A stretch of DNA of 64,000 nt from Asterias rubens (GCF_902459465.1 NC_047074.1:6324001-6388000), one strand, 5' to 3'; numbered from the stretch's first letter, positions 26,930 to 40,536 are shown. Translations and numbers: made by a program. The notes: a model not told the origin generated them from the letters alone.

Positions 26930-29900
26930 TCATTGCAGAAACATTTGAAAGTCTGTGAAATGGCGCTTGGTAATTTCTCTCAGGTCATCAGACACTGTAT
27001 AGCAAAGAACAAATATTAAAATGTAAACAACCAATGTCATACTTTGGTAAAACAGCAGATTTCATGAATACAAAGTGAACTACTTTCTGTCATTGTGAAA
27101 AAACTATTATTGTGCACAAAATGTGATACGTGCACAATCTATTATTGTGCACACAATCTGTTGTTTGAACAGTCAACAATAAAACTCAATATTGTTTGGA
27201 CCAGATAGCGATCCTGGAGGTTTGAATGTAGAAAATACTCGCACAGTCTATAAATAGCCAGAACAATGTTTAAGCATGAGTACTTACACTTGGTGTGACA
27301 GGTCACATTGCTTCACATACATGCTTCAATGTGTGACAGTTCACATTGCTTCACATACATGCTTCAATGTGTGACAGTTCACATTGCTTCACATACATGC
27401 TTCAATGTGTGACAGTTCACATTGCTTCACATACATACTTCAATGTGTGACAGTTCACATTGCTTCACATACATGCTTCAATGTGTGCAGTTCACATTGC
27501 TTCACATACATGCTTCAATGTGTGACAGTTCACATTGCTTCACATACATACTTCAATGTGTGACAGTTCACATTGCTTCACATACATACTTCAATGTGTG
27601 ACAGTTCACATTGCTTCACATACATGCTTCAATGTGTGACAGTTCACATTGCTTCACATACATGCTTCAATGTGTGACAGTTCACATTGCTTCACATACA
27701 TGCTTCAATGTGTGACAGTTCACATTGCTTGACATACATCCTTCAATGTGTGACAGTTCACATTGCTTCACATACATACTTCAATGTGTGACAGCTCACA
27801 TTGCTTCACATACATGCTTCAATGTGTGACAGTTCACATTGCTTCACATACATACTTCAATGTGTGACAGTTCACATTGCTTCACATACATGCTTCAATG
27901 TGTGACAGTTCACATTGCTTCACATACATACTTCAATGTGTGACAGTTCACATTGCTTCACATACATGCTTCAATGTGTGACAGTTCACATTGCTTCACA
28001 TACATGCTTCAATGTGTGACAGTTCACATTGCTTCACATACATACTTCAATGTGTGACAGTTCACATTGCTTCACATACATGCTTCAATGTGTGACAGTT
28101 CACATTGCTTCACATACATGCTTCAATGTGTGACAGTTCACATTGCTTCACATACATGCTTCAATGTGTGACAGTTCACATTGCTTCACATACATGCTTC
28201 AATGTGTGACAGTTCACATTGCTTCACATACATGCTTCAATGTGTGACAGTTCACATTGCTTCACATACATGCTTCAATGTGTGACAGTTCACATTGCTT
28301 CACATACATGCTTCAATGTGTGACAGTTCACATTGCTTCACATACATGCTTCAATGTGTGACAGTTCACATTGCTTCACATACATGCTTCAATGTGTGAC
28401 AGTTCACATTGCTTCACATACATACTTCAATGTGTGACAGTTCACATTGCTTCACATACATGCTTCAATGTGTGACAGTTCACATTGCTTCACATACATG
28501 CTTCAATGTGTGACAGTTCACATTGCTTCACATACATCCTTCAATGTGTGACAGTTCACATTGCTTCACATACATGCTTCAATGTGTGACAGTTCACATT
28601 GCTTCACATACATACTTCAATGCATGGCTAAAAATAAGCTAGCCCTGGCGGCCTTATACTTTCGTATTATACAGTGAGGTCCTGGATATAAGGGTCCATT
28701 TCTTGGGCGGAAAATTTTACAAGCTTCATAACTCAAATCTTTACTGCAAGAAAGCACTAATTTCAACAGATTCACATTCCATGGCAGCATAGATTTTTCT
28801 GCGGTGGGTTTTGATCGTCATATATTCTTCACAAATCCGTCATTTTCATGAAATAGTGCAGCTCCCAACATTAGAGAATTCCCATTTTTGTTCGTACTCT
28901 CACAGTCTGCCGTGTGTACGCAAGACCCACGACGCGCAAATCTTGCGTTGCGTTTGCGTGTTAATGCTGTGCAGTCAAGATACGGTGACCAAGAATTCAT
29001 GCGTCTTGCATCTTGCGTCTTGCACGCGAATGTATATGCGTCCACACTGCAACAGACAACACTGAGAGAAAACGATAAAAACAGGAATTTTTTAACGTTG
29101 GGAGCTGCATTGTTTCACAAAAAATGACGGATTTGTGAGGAATATTTGAGGACCAAAACCCACCGCAGAAAAATGTATGCCGCCATGGAATGTGAATCTG
29201 TTGAAATTAGTGGCTTGTTGCAGGTAAGATTTGACTTATGAAGCTTTGAAAATGTTCCGCCCCAGAAACGGGCCTTAATAGTTGGGCCTCAATAGGACTC
29301 TGCATCTGTGAACAGAGGAACAGTCCTATATTATATAGGGCTAAAAATAAGCTATCTTAGTGTGTGATCATTTTACACATGATGGTGAAAGGCCCAGTGA
29401 GAATTCAGCTCAGATTGATCATGAGAATTTCATGAGAGTAATACCAAATAGCCTGTACCTTCTACGTAAAACCTTGTTTTCATGCTAATAGGAAGCACAG
29501 TGATTTGCACTACAATGTGTTAACGAGTTGTTTAACTAGACTTACCAAGTCCACTATAGGATTTGTCTGGTCCATTATTGAGAACATTCTGCATAAAGTG
29601 TGACATTGCACCCAGTGCTATGATTCTCTCTTGTAGAGGTAAAGCATCAAAATACTCCATGTCCAAGGCAAATGGATTTCTAGGAGAGGGAAGTGTGCAC
29701 AGTTTAACCAACTCTGCTATAATGTCCCACACCTTGATATCTATGGAAACAAAACACAAAGGAGTCTCATCAATCCATGCTGGACTGAAGGAATAGAGGC
29801 TTATTTTGTCATATTTTTACTGTATGCATACCAGGGCAGCCTGCACGGGTCTGCTTGCTGAGATGTGTATTCACTGCAAACTTAACACATGTGTAATCCT

Positions 29901-32900
29901 GAGCACGAAAGCTAACCACGGCATTTAACATGCCAACCCTGGCTCCGTTCGACCCCTACAATGAACATGATGAACACCGCTTTTAGTGTCAAATGGGAGA
30001 ACCAGCTGAAACGTTTTGAAGAAGCTATGGTCAGATTTAACATCACTGGAGCTAAAAGAAAGCAGTCATCACTACTGCTTTACGGAGGTAAGCAACTTCA
30101 CACTGTTGATACACTTTCTGACACAGGCGAGAGAATGATTATGATGAGAAGGCTCAAGAAGCTTTGACAACTCACTTTGTTCCAAAACGGAACACCATCT
30201 ACATATAAGCCTTTTTAAGATATAGTGGACCCAATGCTACAACACTAGGTTGGGGTCAATTTGTCTCTTTATCATGTTTACACCCAAACCTAACAGTGAA
30301 CTCCTAATAGTGGTCGCCATATCTCAAAGAGGCTAATGAGACCATCCTTTCATTGGTGTGCTACAGCAAAAGGACCTAACTGTTAACAACGAGAAGTGCC
30401 AGTTCCCTCAACCACATATAAACTTCTTTGAACTCGTCTTCAGCGGCAAAAGTGTCTCCCCGGATCCCGCAAAGTTTGATGCTATCAAAAACACCAGTAA
30501 CCCAGCACAGAGCCCAGCTGAGGTCCACAGCCTACTTGGTATGGCAAGCTAAAGTTCATGCTTCATACCAAACCAGAAAAAACACAAAATTTGAATGGAA
30601 TGCGACACACCGCAAAGCTCTTCAACTGAAGAGTTGTGCATACTTTGACCCAACTAAAGATACTGCCATATGGGTACAGATGCTAGTCCCGTTGGTCTTG
30701 GCGCAGTCATGCTTACACAAACAAATAAACATGGACAGAGCAAAGTGGTCAGTTATGCCAGTCACCTATATCTACACCTACCAACAACTCCACAGCCAAA
30801 TTTAAAAAGATGCATTAGGTATCAATTTAGGGATCAAACGTTTCCACATGTGTGTGTGCTTCTTTGGCCAAGCCCTCACACAGTCACAGTCATTACTAAC
30901 CACAAACCACTCATTCCCAGATTTAACAAGCCACCCACAGGCAAATCCATCTCCACGCATACAAAACTGGCTTCTAAAATTTCAACCATATGAAATGTCT
31001 GTTTTTCACTGTGCTGGAAATGACAACCCAGCCGATTACATGTCCAGACACCTTAAAGGCCAGTTTATAGACGGCCGCGCGACGGTACGGCGATGGAAAT
31101 CTAGATGCGCGATAAAACCCCCCCACAGTTTAAGGCCTCAGCGATGACTTTACACTGTGTCGCGCGTCCAAATTTCCATCGGGCAACCGAATATAAACCG
31201 GCCTTAACGCAAACATCTAAATCGATGATCTCTCTGTGGAACTGAGGAGTTTGTTAACTTTCAAGACTTTATTGCACAACATTCAACTCCCAAAGCAATC
31301 ACACTCGACGAAATCCTACAAGAAACTGCCAAACATCTATCACTCCAATCCACCATCCAAGCATATCACGATGGACAATGGTTCAAACTCAAAGAAAGCT
31401 ACCCCGCCATATGGGCTGTTCGAGAGAACATCACTGTGACAGACTCGACCTAATCTTACGCGAGCAACGTACTGTTATCCCCACCACTCTGCCAACGGCG
31501 CACCCAGGATTGTGTTTTTTGGGGGGGCTGGAACCAATTTATTGGGTGGGGTCCAGGGGTTGGCCTTACGGCCCCTGGTGGGGTCTGGAGCTCTGAGCTT
31601 TCTGGCGTTTAGGGGTGAAAAATCAAGCCTCTTTATGCATAAATTTAGAAGAAAAACATACTTTTTAAGCACTTCTGATTCATATAAATGTATCGTCTAT
31701 AATTACGAACTGCAAAAATCAGTCAATAATTCAGCAAAGGTTTTTGTTTTAAATAGTAATGTTGCGGACGTGGTTGAAAAGAGAACATTATAGGCGGTGC
31801 TACCTACTTTTCATCACTGGGTGGCAAATTCCATGAATAAGGAGGCGGCAAACCCAGAACCTACAGATTAACCTTCGTTTTGCGAAAGTGGTGTCGCATA
31901 ATAATAATTTTTATCAGATTACTGTTCAAAAATGAATTATAACTTTAACCAGGGCATAAATGTGATGTGTAATTTGTTAAGGGTAGGATTGCAGACTTTT
32001 TAATCCCTGAACATAGCCGACTAAAATTAAAAATGTGGAAAAGAAGCAACGCGTGGTGATCAACATTCGATCAGGTCGGTCGGTATCTGGTTTCATGCAT
32101 ATTCATAAAAACATCGCGGGTAAAAAAACATTACTATCCGGCGTTTCTCAAATATAAGTGTAGTACTAGAAAACCATTGAATGCCGGAGCGACCAAGAAC
32201 GACGTGAGATGTATTTTATCCTGGACAACGGGTTTCAAATGCTTAATATGTTATTGTTGCAAGTTTACACAATTACAAGGGAGTTGTCATAAGATCATTG
32301 CATAAGATGTGTTCAAAATCTTTCACCTCGCACCTAGCGTTAATTTATCGAATATCCCAGATAAAAGAGTTATTTTGGCAGGGGAAAAAATGCAAATGGC
32401 AAAGGAAGAAAAGAAAACACTTCCACCGGAAATAAAAAACAAAAACTATACACGCATTTACGACTTTTCTCCCTAGGCTCTTTTTTCCTTTCCCCTTCCT
32501 CCCCTCCCCCATTATTATTCTTTCCTTCCTTCTTTCGCCCCCGTTTTTTCTTTTGTTCTTTTGGGGGGACCCTCTTGGGGGGGGGGGGTGGAGGGGGCTC
32601 AAGCCCCCCGAGCCAACAATCGTACAACCTTGGCATTGTCCCCTCCCAATGGAAACAAGCACTTGTAACTGGTATCTACAAGGGACCTAAATCACAATCA
32701 TGCAACTATTATCCAATTTCTCCTATGTACCTGTATCTGCAGCAAGGTTATGGAACATATAATTCTCAGCCACATCGCAAAACACATAAACATGAACAAC
32801 ATCCTCATCGACTCTCCGCACGGCTTTCGAGAGTGCTTATCCACTGTTACGCAACTTATCACATCCACTCATGACTGGGCTTCCACACTACAACATCGTG

Positions 32901-35900
32901 GCCAGACTGAGGTCATACTACTTGATTTCAGCAAGGCGTTCGACAAAGTTCCACATCTACAATTGTCTGTCAAGCTTGATCACTATGGTATCAGAGGCTC
33001 TACACTAGATTGGATTCGTTCGTTTCTAGACAATCGGATTCAGGCTGTATCTGTGAATGAAACCAACTCATCATGGGGGAAGGTTTCATCTGGAGTACCC
33101 CAAGCCTCAGTCCTAGGTTCAGCTTTGTTTCTACTATATATTAACCACATCCAAGACCAGGTCCAGTCAAAGATGAGATTATTTGCTGATGATAGCATCC
33201 TCTACCGTGAGATAGAGCAACCAGAAGATCATGCAATTCTCCAGAAAGATCTCGAGGCACTTGCTGACTGGTCATCCACCTGGTTAATGCATTTCAACAT
33301 AAAGAAATGTACCATTCTGTCAATAACCCTCACAGAGAAAACCCTCACAACACGAGTACATCATCTTTGGTGAAGCACTTGAAAGGGTGATTACCTTGGA
33401 GTAGCTATATCACACGATCTCCGCTGGGATGCCCACTGCCAGAAGATCAGACAGAAGGCACATTAGGTCTGCTCCGTCGCACACTTTCACCATGCCATCA
33501 AGGTGTCAAGGCAAAAGCCTACCAAATGCTCGTCCGCCCACAACTTGAGTATGCTGCCCAAGTATGGAACCCATACACCCTGGATGGAGTCAATCTCCTA
33601 GAGCAGGTTCAAAGAGCTGCAGCTCGCTTTGTCTTTGGTGATTACCGCTGAACAACATCGGTCACGCCCCTTATCACTACCTTGGGCTGGGATCCACTTC
33701 ATAACAGGTGACTACTTTTCCAAACGACAATGTTCTATAAAATCCACCATGGACTTGTCAGTATCCAGTTTCCATCAATTATCCAACCAGCACACAACTT
33801 TGGACGTCACGACCACTCATTGAAATATACAATTCCTGAAGCATCCATTGACCTATACAAGTTCTCCTTCTATCCATGCACCGTGAAGATTTGGAACCAG
33901 TTGCCTGCAGCTGCTGTCTTGGCTACATCACCCACCGCCTTCCAGGAAGCCGCCCTGCCTGCCATTAAAGGGATGAGGCCACCGGTTGGTTCCAGGCTCC
34001 TCTAAATCTTCTAGTCAAGCTTTTTAACCTGCACCCAAGTTTTGTTGGATATTGTCAACTTCTTGTGCTTTTGTCTGCACTTTGTCTATTTTCTTTCTTC
34101 ATTTGCACCTTACGGCTGTGATGCCACGCTGCACCCATCCCAGTTTAGCCAAATTTGTACTGCAAAGGGATCACACTACTCAAGACTCAAGCACGTTCTC
34201 AGTCTTGCCCACTCTGGTCATCAGGGAATATTGGAAACAAAGACGCTACTCCGAGAGAAGTTGTGGTTGCCAAATATTGATCAAAAAGCAGAATAACTTA
34301 TCAAGCACTGACTTCCATGCAATATTCAAGTAAAGAGCGCGCACCCTTGTCAATGACATATTTCCCCCCATATCCGTGCCAAAATGTCAGCTGATTTCTG
34401 CGGACCATTTTTGTGGACCATTTGTATCCGGAGACTACCTTCTTGTTTGCATACATGTAGATGAATATTCCAAATCTCAGATTCCGACGTGTTGAAATCT
34501 TGCGCTCATCAACATCAGAAAGCACCATGCTTTACATCCCAGACAAAATTTGTGCGTCTCATGGTATTTCCAAAGTCGTAAAAACCAATAATGGACCCCC
34601 ATTCAGCAGCACAGAATGCAAAACTTTCTTGGAATACTTTGGTGTCCACAGCTGAAAAATAACTCCACACTGGCCTAAAAATAATGGGCAGGCAGAAAAT
34701 TGCATAAAAATGCTTTAAAGGCTGTGGACACTATTGGTAATTACTCAAAATAATTATCAGCATAAAACCTTACTTGATTACGAGTAATGGGGAGAGGTTG
34801 ATGTTGTAAAACATTGTAAGAAACAGCTCCCTCTGAAGTGACGTAGTTTTCGAGAAAGAAATAATTCTCCACAAATTTGATTTCGAGACCTCAAGTTTAG
34901 AATTTGAGGTCTCGAAATCAAGCATCAGAAAGCACACAACTTCGTGACACAAGGTTGTTTTTTTCTTTCATTATTATCTTTCAAATTCGACGACCAATTG
35001 AGCTCAAATTTTCACAGGTTTGTTATTTTATGCATATGTTGAGATACACCAACTGTGGAGACTAGTCTTTGACAATTACCAATAGTGTCCACTGTCTTTA
35101 AAAAGGCTGTGCCGAGGCATGCATGCATGCATGCTTTGGTCGCAACATCAACACACTGATCCCGCATATAAACAGCTCTACTCGTGACTGACACCCTGAC
35201 TTCGGCCAACATGATGAAATGGAACAATACGCAGACAAACGCCGTCACACAACACCATCGACCATTAGTATTGGTGACACTATTTTTGTCAAAAAACTTT
35301 GGCAAGCTCCACAAAGAAACCCCTCCTTACTATCCTCGCCCATATTTGGTCACTGATAAAATACTAATGTATACTCGACTTCCACCACACCCCCATATTT
35401 TACAATCAAAATATATGTGTATACAAAGTTGGACCTAAAGTGGTCCAATGTCAGCACACATGATTGGTTTAATGTTTTTCTTTATCTCATTTTTGTGCTT
35501 AATAAACTGAATGAATTTTTAAACAATTAATTATATTAATAATAGCTGAGGGCTTATCCCACACTGTGATGATGTAAAATAGTTCTCCATGATTAATGAA
35601 CACATACCTTTTTCTTGCCAAGCCGATGTTGATTTGAGTTTGAGAGGGCTATCTTTTGAGTAGCGTGTTGTAGGGCCATGGTCATCACTTCTTTTGACAA
35701 GTCTTTCATGGTTACTTCGAACCCAAACATATGGGCAGGAGTAACGAGAATAACCTGCTATCAGGAACATGGTTGACTTACTATCCTTTCAAATGACAAA
35801 TAAAAACACGAATTTTTAGTATTTTCACTGTTGAAAATACATAGGGACTCTTCCCTTTATTAGCCCAGGCTGCAGTTTGGGCCACAAACTGTATGTGTGA

Positions 35901-38900
35901 AAAATAAAACTAGGTCCCTCTTCTGGGAGATGCTTCTGTTCTGGGTACTCACAGGCCTGAGGGGGATAGACACTTCTGGGTACTCACAGGCCTGAGGGGA
36001 ATAGACGCTTCTGGGTACTCACAGGCCTGAGGGGGATAGACGCTTCTGGGTACTCACAGGCCTTAGGGGGATAGACACTTCTGGGTACTCACAGGCCTGA
36101 GGGGGATAGACGCTTCTGGGTACTCACAGGCCTGAGGGGGATAGACGCTTCTGGGTACTCACAGGCCTGAGGGGAAAAGACACTTCTGGGTACTCACAGG
36201 CCTGAGGGGAACAGACACTTCTGGGTACTCACAGGCCTGAGGGGAATAGACGCTTCTGGGTACTCACAGGCCTTAGGGGGATAGGCACTTCTGGGTACTC
36301 ACAGGCCTGAGGGGAATAGACACTTCTGGGTACTCACAGGCCTTAGGGGGATAGACACTTCTGGGTATTCACAGGCCTGAGGGGGATAGAGGCTTCTGGG
36401 TACTCACAGGCCTGAGGGGGATAGAGGCTTCTGGGTACTCACAGGCCCGAGGGGGATAGACGCTTCTGGGTACTCACAGGCCTTAGGGGGAAAGAGGGGG
36501 CGGCGAATCATTCCAGTCCATTTGTGTTTTATAGCACACCTTAGTCTTAAATAAGATATATTAAAGTATCTTTCAATCCATTTTATAAAATAAATAAAAA
36601 AATTACATTCGAAAGCGATACAGCACAAGGCAACATGTTCTTTTCACAAGCTTTAGGGGATACAATGATCTACTTACCTCTGGACCAGTCTCATTGTCAC
36701 TTGGAGAAGCTGGTGGCAGACCAATATCCATAAATCCATAACCACTTAATCTACAACAATTTGAAACATAACAATATAACAAACAATAAACAAGATCTGG
36801 TCTGATAACAATAGCAGTCTATTTAATATAAATGAAGGAATAAAAGGGTAGCGACAAGCGCTTAAACTGCGTTTAAAACCAGCAGAGTTGTGGCCATGCG
36901 GTTTTAAGAATAAGTCACTATTATTCACTTTTATTCACATTCATAAATGCCTTTTTGGTTAAAAGGCGTAATCAAATAATAACTTGTTCGTTTTCCGACG
37001 ACCTTATGAGCTCTGTATGTGTGTGGCATTTTTATGACTGAGATAGTTTTCGGATATGAATTGTGCGCAGAGTATGCATCCTCGTATTCATCAGCTATAA
37101 TGGAACAGCGAGATCAATCACCCCTGGGATCGAGGTTGTATGCTAACCCGCACAAACGTTTCTGAAAACAACCAGTTACAAACAGCTCCAGCTGGTCATT
37201 ATCAACCGTTTAAACACCCCCTTGTGACGCAATCTGCACCAATAGGAATAGTGAAACTGTCTGAGGTATTTATGAATGAAAGTTTAACATTATAACTGAT
37301 TTCTGGTTTAAAAACTTGAAATTAGCTAATGAACTTAAACATGTAGATCCTTGATCAGTGTTGATAAGAACAAAAATCCAAACAGTCCAGGGACGCCAAA
37401 CAACCTTACCATGCCTTGCATGTATAATGAAATCAACTTCATCAACCCTCATCTCTTTTTAGGAATACTACTCAAAACTCCACAAAGTGCTTAGGAAAAC
37501 TTACTTTTGTTGGGTGTTCTGCGAAAGCATCAGTTCTTGTCTGAAATCAAAACACAAAAAACAATTGGTGTGTTTGAGTTGCATTAAACTCTGCCATACA
37601 ACAAATAGAACAAATGGTGCATTGGCAGATAATCAGGAATATTTTTAATAAAAGTACAAACAAGTTAACACACATGGTTGACTTTGGATAATTCAAGCCA
37701 ACCCATTATGAACAGTGCAAGAGACTCAACATGTATCAACAGCACAACATGAAAACTGTTTCTTGTTCAATCTGGACCAATTCTCAATAAATGATAAAAG
37801 ACCAATCAAGTTATTAGACTGAGACAAGGATTACACCCAAAGATCAAAAAGTCATCTCTAAAAGATGACAGCACTACTGTGACCTTTGACATCTGCTATT
37901 CCATGGTCATACTTACTGGTTAATTGGCAAATGGTCTGATGTGAAACCTCCTGAACTGTTGAATGTGAATTTGCTATTCAAAGGTGAGCAACTTGAAACA
38001 TTTATCTGTTAATAACAAATGCAATTAACAATGTTGAATTTCAGTATTAAAAGGAAAGGAAAAACGTAGCCACATCCTCCTTACAACACTGTACAACTTG
38101 AAGTTAGTGATCATACAGGCTCGGAGAAAATTGTAAACCTTGCACTTTGACGAACTTGATGAACAGTTAGATTCGTACCTGTGACACCACTATTATAAAT
38201 GAGCCACAGCGCCTGAGCCTCCTGCAGGCAAGATTTGTACACAGCTCAATGGAAAAAACATTTACTCTTAGATTTTATGGAGATTGCACTTTTTGATTAT
38301 TGTCAATTGTTTATAGGAAAGCAGGACATAATTCCAAAGTTGTTCAGCTGTTACATTTACAACTCAATTTATGTTGAAGTTATGACACAAAATGTAAAAT
38401 CCCCAATATGACCAGTGTCCTGCAATGTACTTTCACAAGATCACTCTTTGTATACGAATGATGCAAGCTACGTGTACATGTACACTTGATCCAAGAATGC
38501 AACTTACTGTGAGTTCGTTTTTGATGCAACATATCAGCTCTTCTCTACCTCGCATATACATCTTGAAATACTTAAATCCCTGTTGAAAGTAATAAAAAAT
38601 AACTTAATTACGACAACTTAAAGACACTGGACACCTTTAGTAATTGTCAAAGACCAGTCTTCTCACTTGGTGTATCTTAACAACAAACCTGTGAACATTT
38701 GAACTCAATTGGTTGTCGAAGTTGCCAGATAATAATGGAAGAAAAAAAAACCTTGTCACACGCAGTTGTGTGTTTTCAGATGCTTGATTTCGGGACCTCA
38801 AAATCTTATTCTGAGGTCTCGAAATAAAATTCAAATAGGTCTACTCAAAGAAAAATTATTTCTTCCTTGAAAACTACGTTACTTTAGAGGGAGCCATTTC

Positions 38901-39687
38901 TCACAATGTTTTATACTATCAACAGTTCTCCATTGCTTGTAACCAGGTAAGTTTTTATGCTAACAATTATTTTGAGTATTTACCAATAGTGTCCAGTGCA
39001 TTTAAACAGTCTCATCATACAGAGTTAAGCAACTCATTTTGATCATGTCCTACAGAGGTTTACAGTGTATGACTTAGGTTAATGGATATGGCCTTGCCTG
39101 ATTGTGCCTGATTGTGCCTGATGGTAAAGGAAACAAACAACCGTGCAAATTGTTTAAAGGTAATTTCATCCAGAGCAAAATCAAACAATTTTCCAAAAGA
39201 TAATCACATCAAAAAGGAACTAAGGATTTCAAGTTTTGGTAGAAAATTATGTAACCTTCCATGTTGCGTTCAAGGAGTATGACTCAATATTTACATAACT
39301 CTGTGAATATAGCATATTGTGCGAGCAACTACATAGTATCAAATTAACTGATTTCTTTGGGCATATTGCTTTTGCTTTGTTTTGTTTTCCTAAGAGAGGT
39401 GTGCCGCTTGCAACCAAGCAAAGACCACGCGCAGTTTATAAATTCCCATGCTAGGCAGTTAGGTAGATGGTTAAGAAGACAACATCTGTCAAAAAGCAGT
39501 TGATACAAAGACTACATGTACATGTTGATGCCAAGTGGCTATAGATATATTATACAAACTAAATATATAACATGTTTATTTATTGTACCTTGACACAACC
39601 AACTTCAAGTGCATCTGCTAGAAAGCCATTCAATCTCCTTTTGGCTGCTTTCTCACGCTCCTTTAATTTTTCAAGAAAAGAAAATGT
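26930..39687 (-). CDS. Uncharacterised multi-exon protein-coding gene, at least 268 aa, 5' exon unresolved
   Basis: Eight exons at 39687-39589, 38579-38508, 38005-37917, 37540-37505, 36750-36678, 35785-35608, 29740-29546 and 26994-26930. All introns are GT-AG and phase-compatible, giving one stop-free frame of 807 nt ending in TGA. Translation: TFSFLEKLKEREKAAKRRLNGFLADALEVGCVKGFKYFKMYMRGREELICCIKNELTINVSSCSPLNSKFTFNSSGGFTSDHLPINQQELMLSQNTQQKLSGYGFMDIGLPPASPSDNETGPEDSKSTMFLIAGYSRYSCPYVWVRSNHERLVKRSDDHGPTTRYSKDSPLKLKSTSAWQEKDIKVWDIIAELVKLCTLPSPRNPFALDMEYFDALPLQERIIALGAMSHFMQNVLNNGPDKSYSGLVSDDLREITKRHFTDFQMFLQ*. Confidence 0.8.
27294..28622. repeat. 38-bp minisatellite, about 35 copies, in the last intron of the unnamed gene
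   Basis: Unit gtgacagttcacattgcttcacatacatgcttcaatgt. Confidence 0.97.
28640..29343. mobile_element. TAGCCC...GGGCTA element with a 9-bp TSD, enclosing a foldback with about 200-bp arms
   Basis: Perfect TSD aaaataagc at 28631-28639 and 29344-29352. Inner inverted arms at about 28692-28894 and 29073-29274. Confidence 0.85.
31058..31203. mobile_element. About 145-bp MITE inserted in the Gypsy relic
   Basis: TIRs ggccagtttata / tataaaccggcc with TA-rich flanks. Confidence 0.65.
32614..34190 (+). mobile_element. 5'-truncated CR1-group LINE (RT and 3' UTR), disrupted
   Basis: ORF 32750-33373 has LLDFSKAFDKVPH, SGVPQASVLGS and LFADD. A C-terminal WNQLP piece lies at 33730-34005. The 3' end has an actcaag repeat. 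Confidence 0.9.
34719..35097 (-). mobile_element. Kolobok-like MITE, copy 3, in the Gypsy relic integrase
   Basis: Full-length reverse copy with ttaa at 34715-34718 and 35098-35101. Confidence 0.8.
35938..36490. repeat. 35-bp minisatellite, about 16 copies, intronic
   Basis: Unit cttctgggtactcacaggcctgagggggatagacg. Confidence 0.95.
38622..39001 (+). mobile_element. Kolobok-like MITE, copy 4
   Basis: ttaa at 38618-38621 and 39002-39005, same TIRs as copy 1. Confidence 0.8.
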
Positions 39688-40536
39688 CTTAAGGTAGATA
39701 AACTCTCGTTCAGTTGTTTAAAAGTGTTTATCTCATTTGTTACATGTATTACGTACAGCTGTGGTGTATGTTGGGTAAACTGGGGTAAAAACGCCCGTTT
39801 TCCTAGTTGTTGCAAAATAACTCAGCATTGCTAGGAGAAACTAGGAAACAAACGTGTTGTTTTTTTCCGCTATCTCCTCTAATGTGTGCAAATATAAACT
39901 TATTGTAATCATGCTGATCAGGGGAAATTATCCACCCTTTTGGGAAGGAAGTTTGGCGGGCGTTTTTACCCGGGTCACAGGGTAAAAACGCCCGCCCACA
40001 TTTTGTATGTGAAAAGATGATTTTACAAGAGATTTTCACATAGTATTTAATACTCAGGGGAAACTATATAAAATACAAACAACTTTTCAAACACAGAAGA
40101 TGATTATAACTACAAACTTTATTGATTGGAACAGTTATTCTTATGTAGCTTGGAAGTCAAACATTTGCGTACATAATTTGCACACAACAAATTTGTAGGC
40201 TTATGACTGACCAACATTGCTAAGCTAAAATAATAACACCCATACATTGTAGCTCCAGCTTAGGGTCTTCTGGTCCAGGGACATTACCCCCTCAAGCTCC
40301 TGGTCACTGAAATACCTCCAAAGAAAGGGAGACTAATTTCATTCTGAAGCTAGACCTGTTTTGTTGTTATTTCTGCGATATTGGTGCTGACTTTGAACGC
40401 GTCTGACTCAGTTTGTGTTCTTATTTTGTCTTTAAAGAACCCTCTATTGGTACAATGAACACTTACACACACAAACAATTTGTTCTACCTAAAACTGATG
40501 GGTTTACCCTACATGTATTCAAATTAGATGATTTAA

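Larger units (their letters stand above)
29930..35345 (+). mobile_element. Old, fragmented Gypsy relic interrupted by several later insertions
   Basis: gag-like KWENQLKRFEEAM near 29990, RT/RNase H scraps (TDASPVGLGAV, DNPADYMSRH) at 30360-31050, integrase scraps (LAHSGHQG, NNGPPF) at 34190-34714 and a C-terminal piece at 35102-35345. No LTRs recognised. Confidence 0.75.

Noticed and set aside
27294-28622. CRISPR-like appearance of the 35-, 38- and 72-bp arrays
   Set aside because: Units are contiguous with no unique spacers, there are no cas genes, and the context is eukaryotic.
37270-37452. Minus-strand ORF MRVDEVDFIIHARHG... as an exon
   Set aside because: There is an in-frame stop just upstream with no convincing acceptor. 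The better-supported exon is the 36-nt 37540-37505.
38179-38221. Possible 43-nt exon of the unnamed gene (cctgcag...cacag|gtacga)
   Set aside because: Including it shifts the frame and hits a stop in the next exon. The donor is weak and the flanking exons join in phase without it. A poison-exon role cannot be excluded without RNA data.
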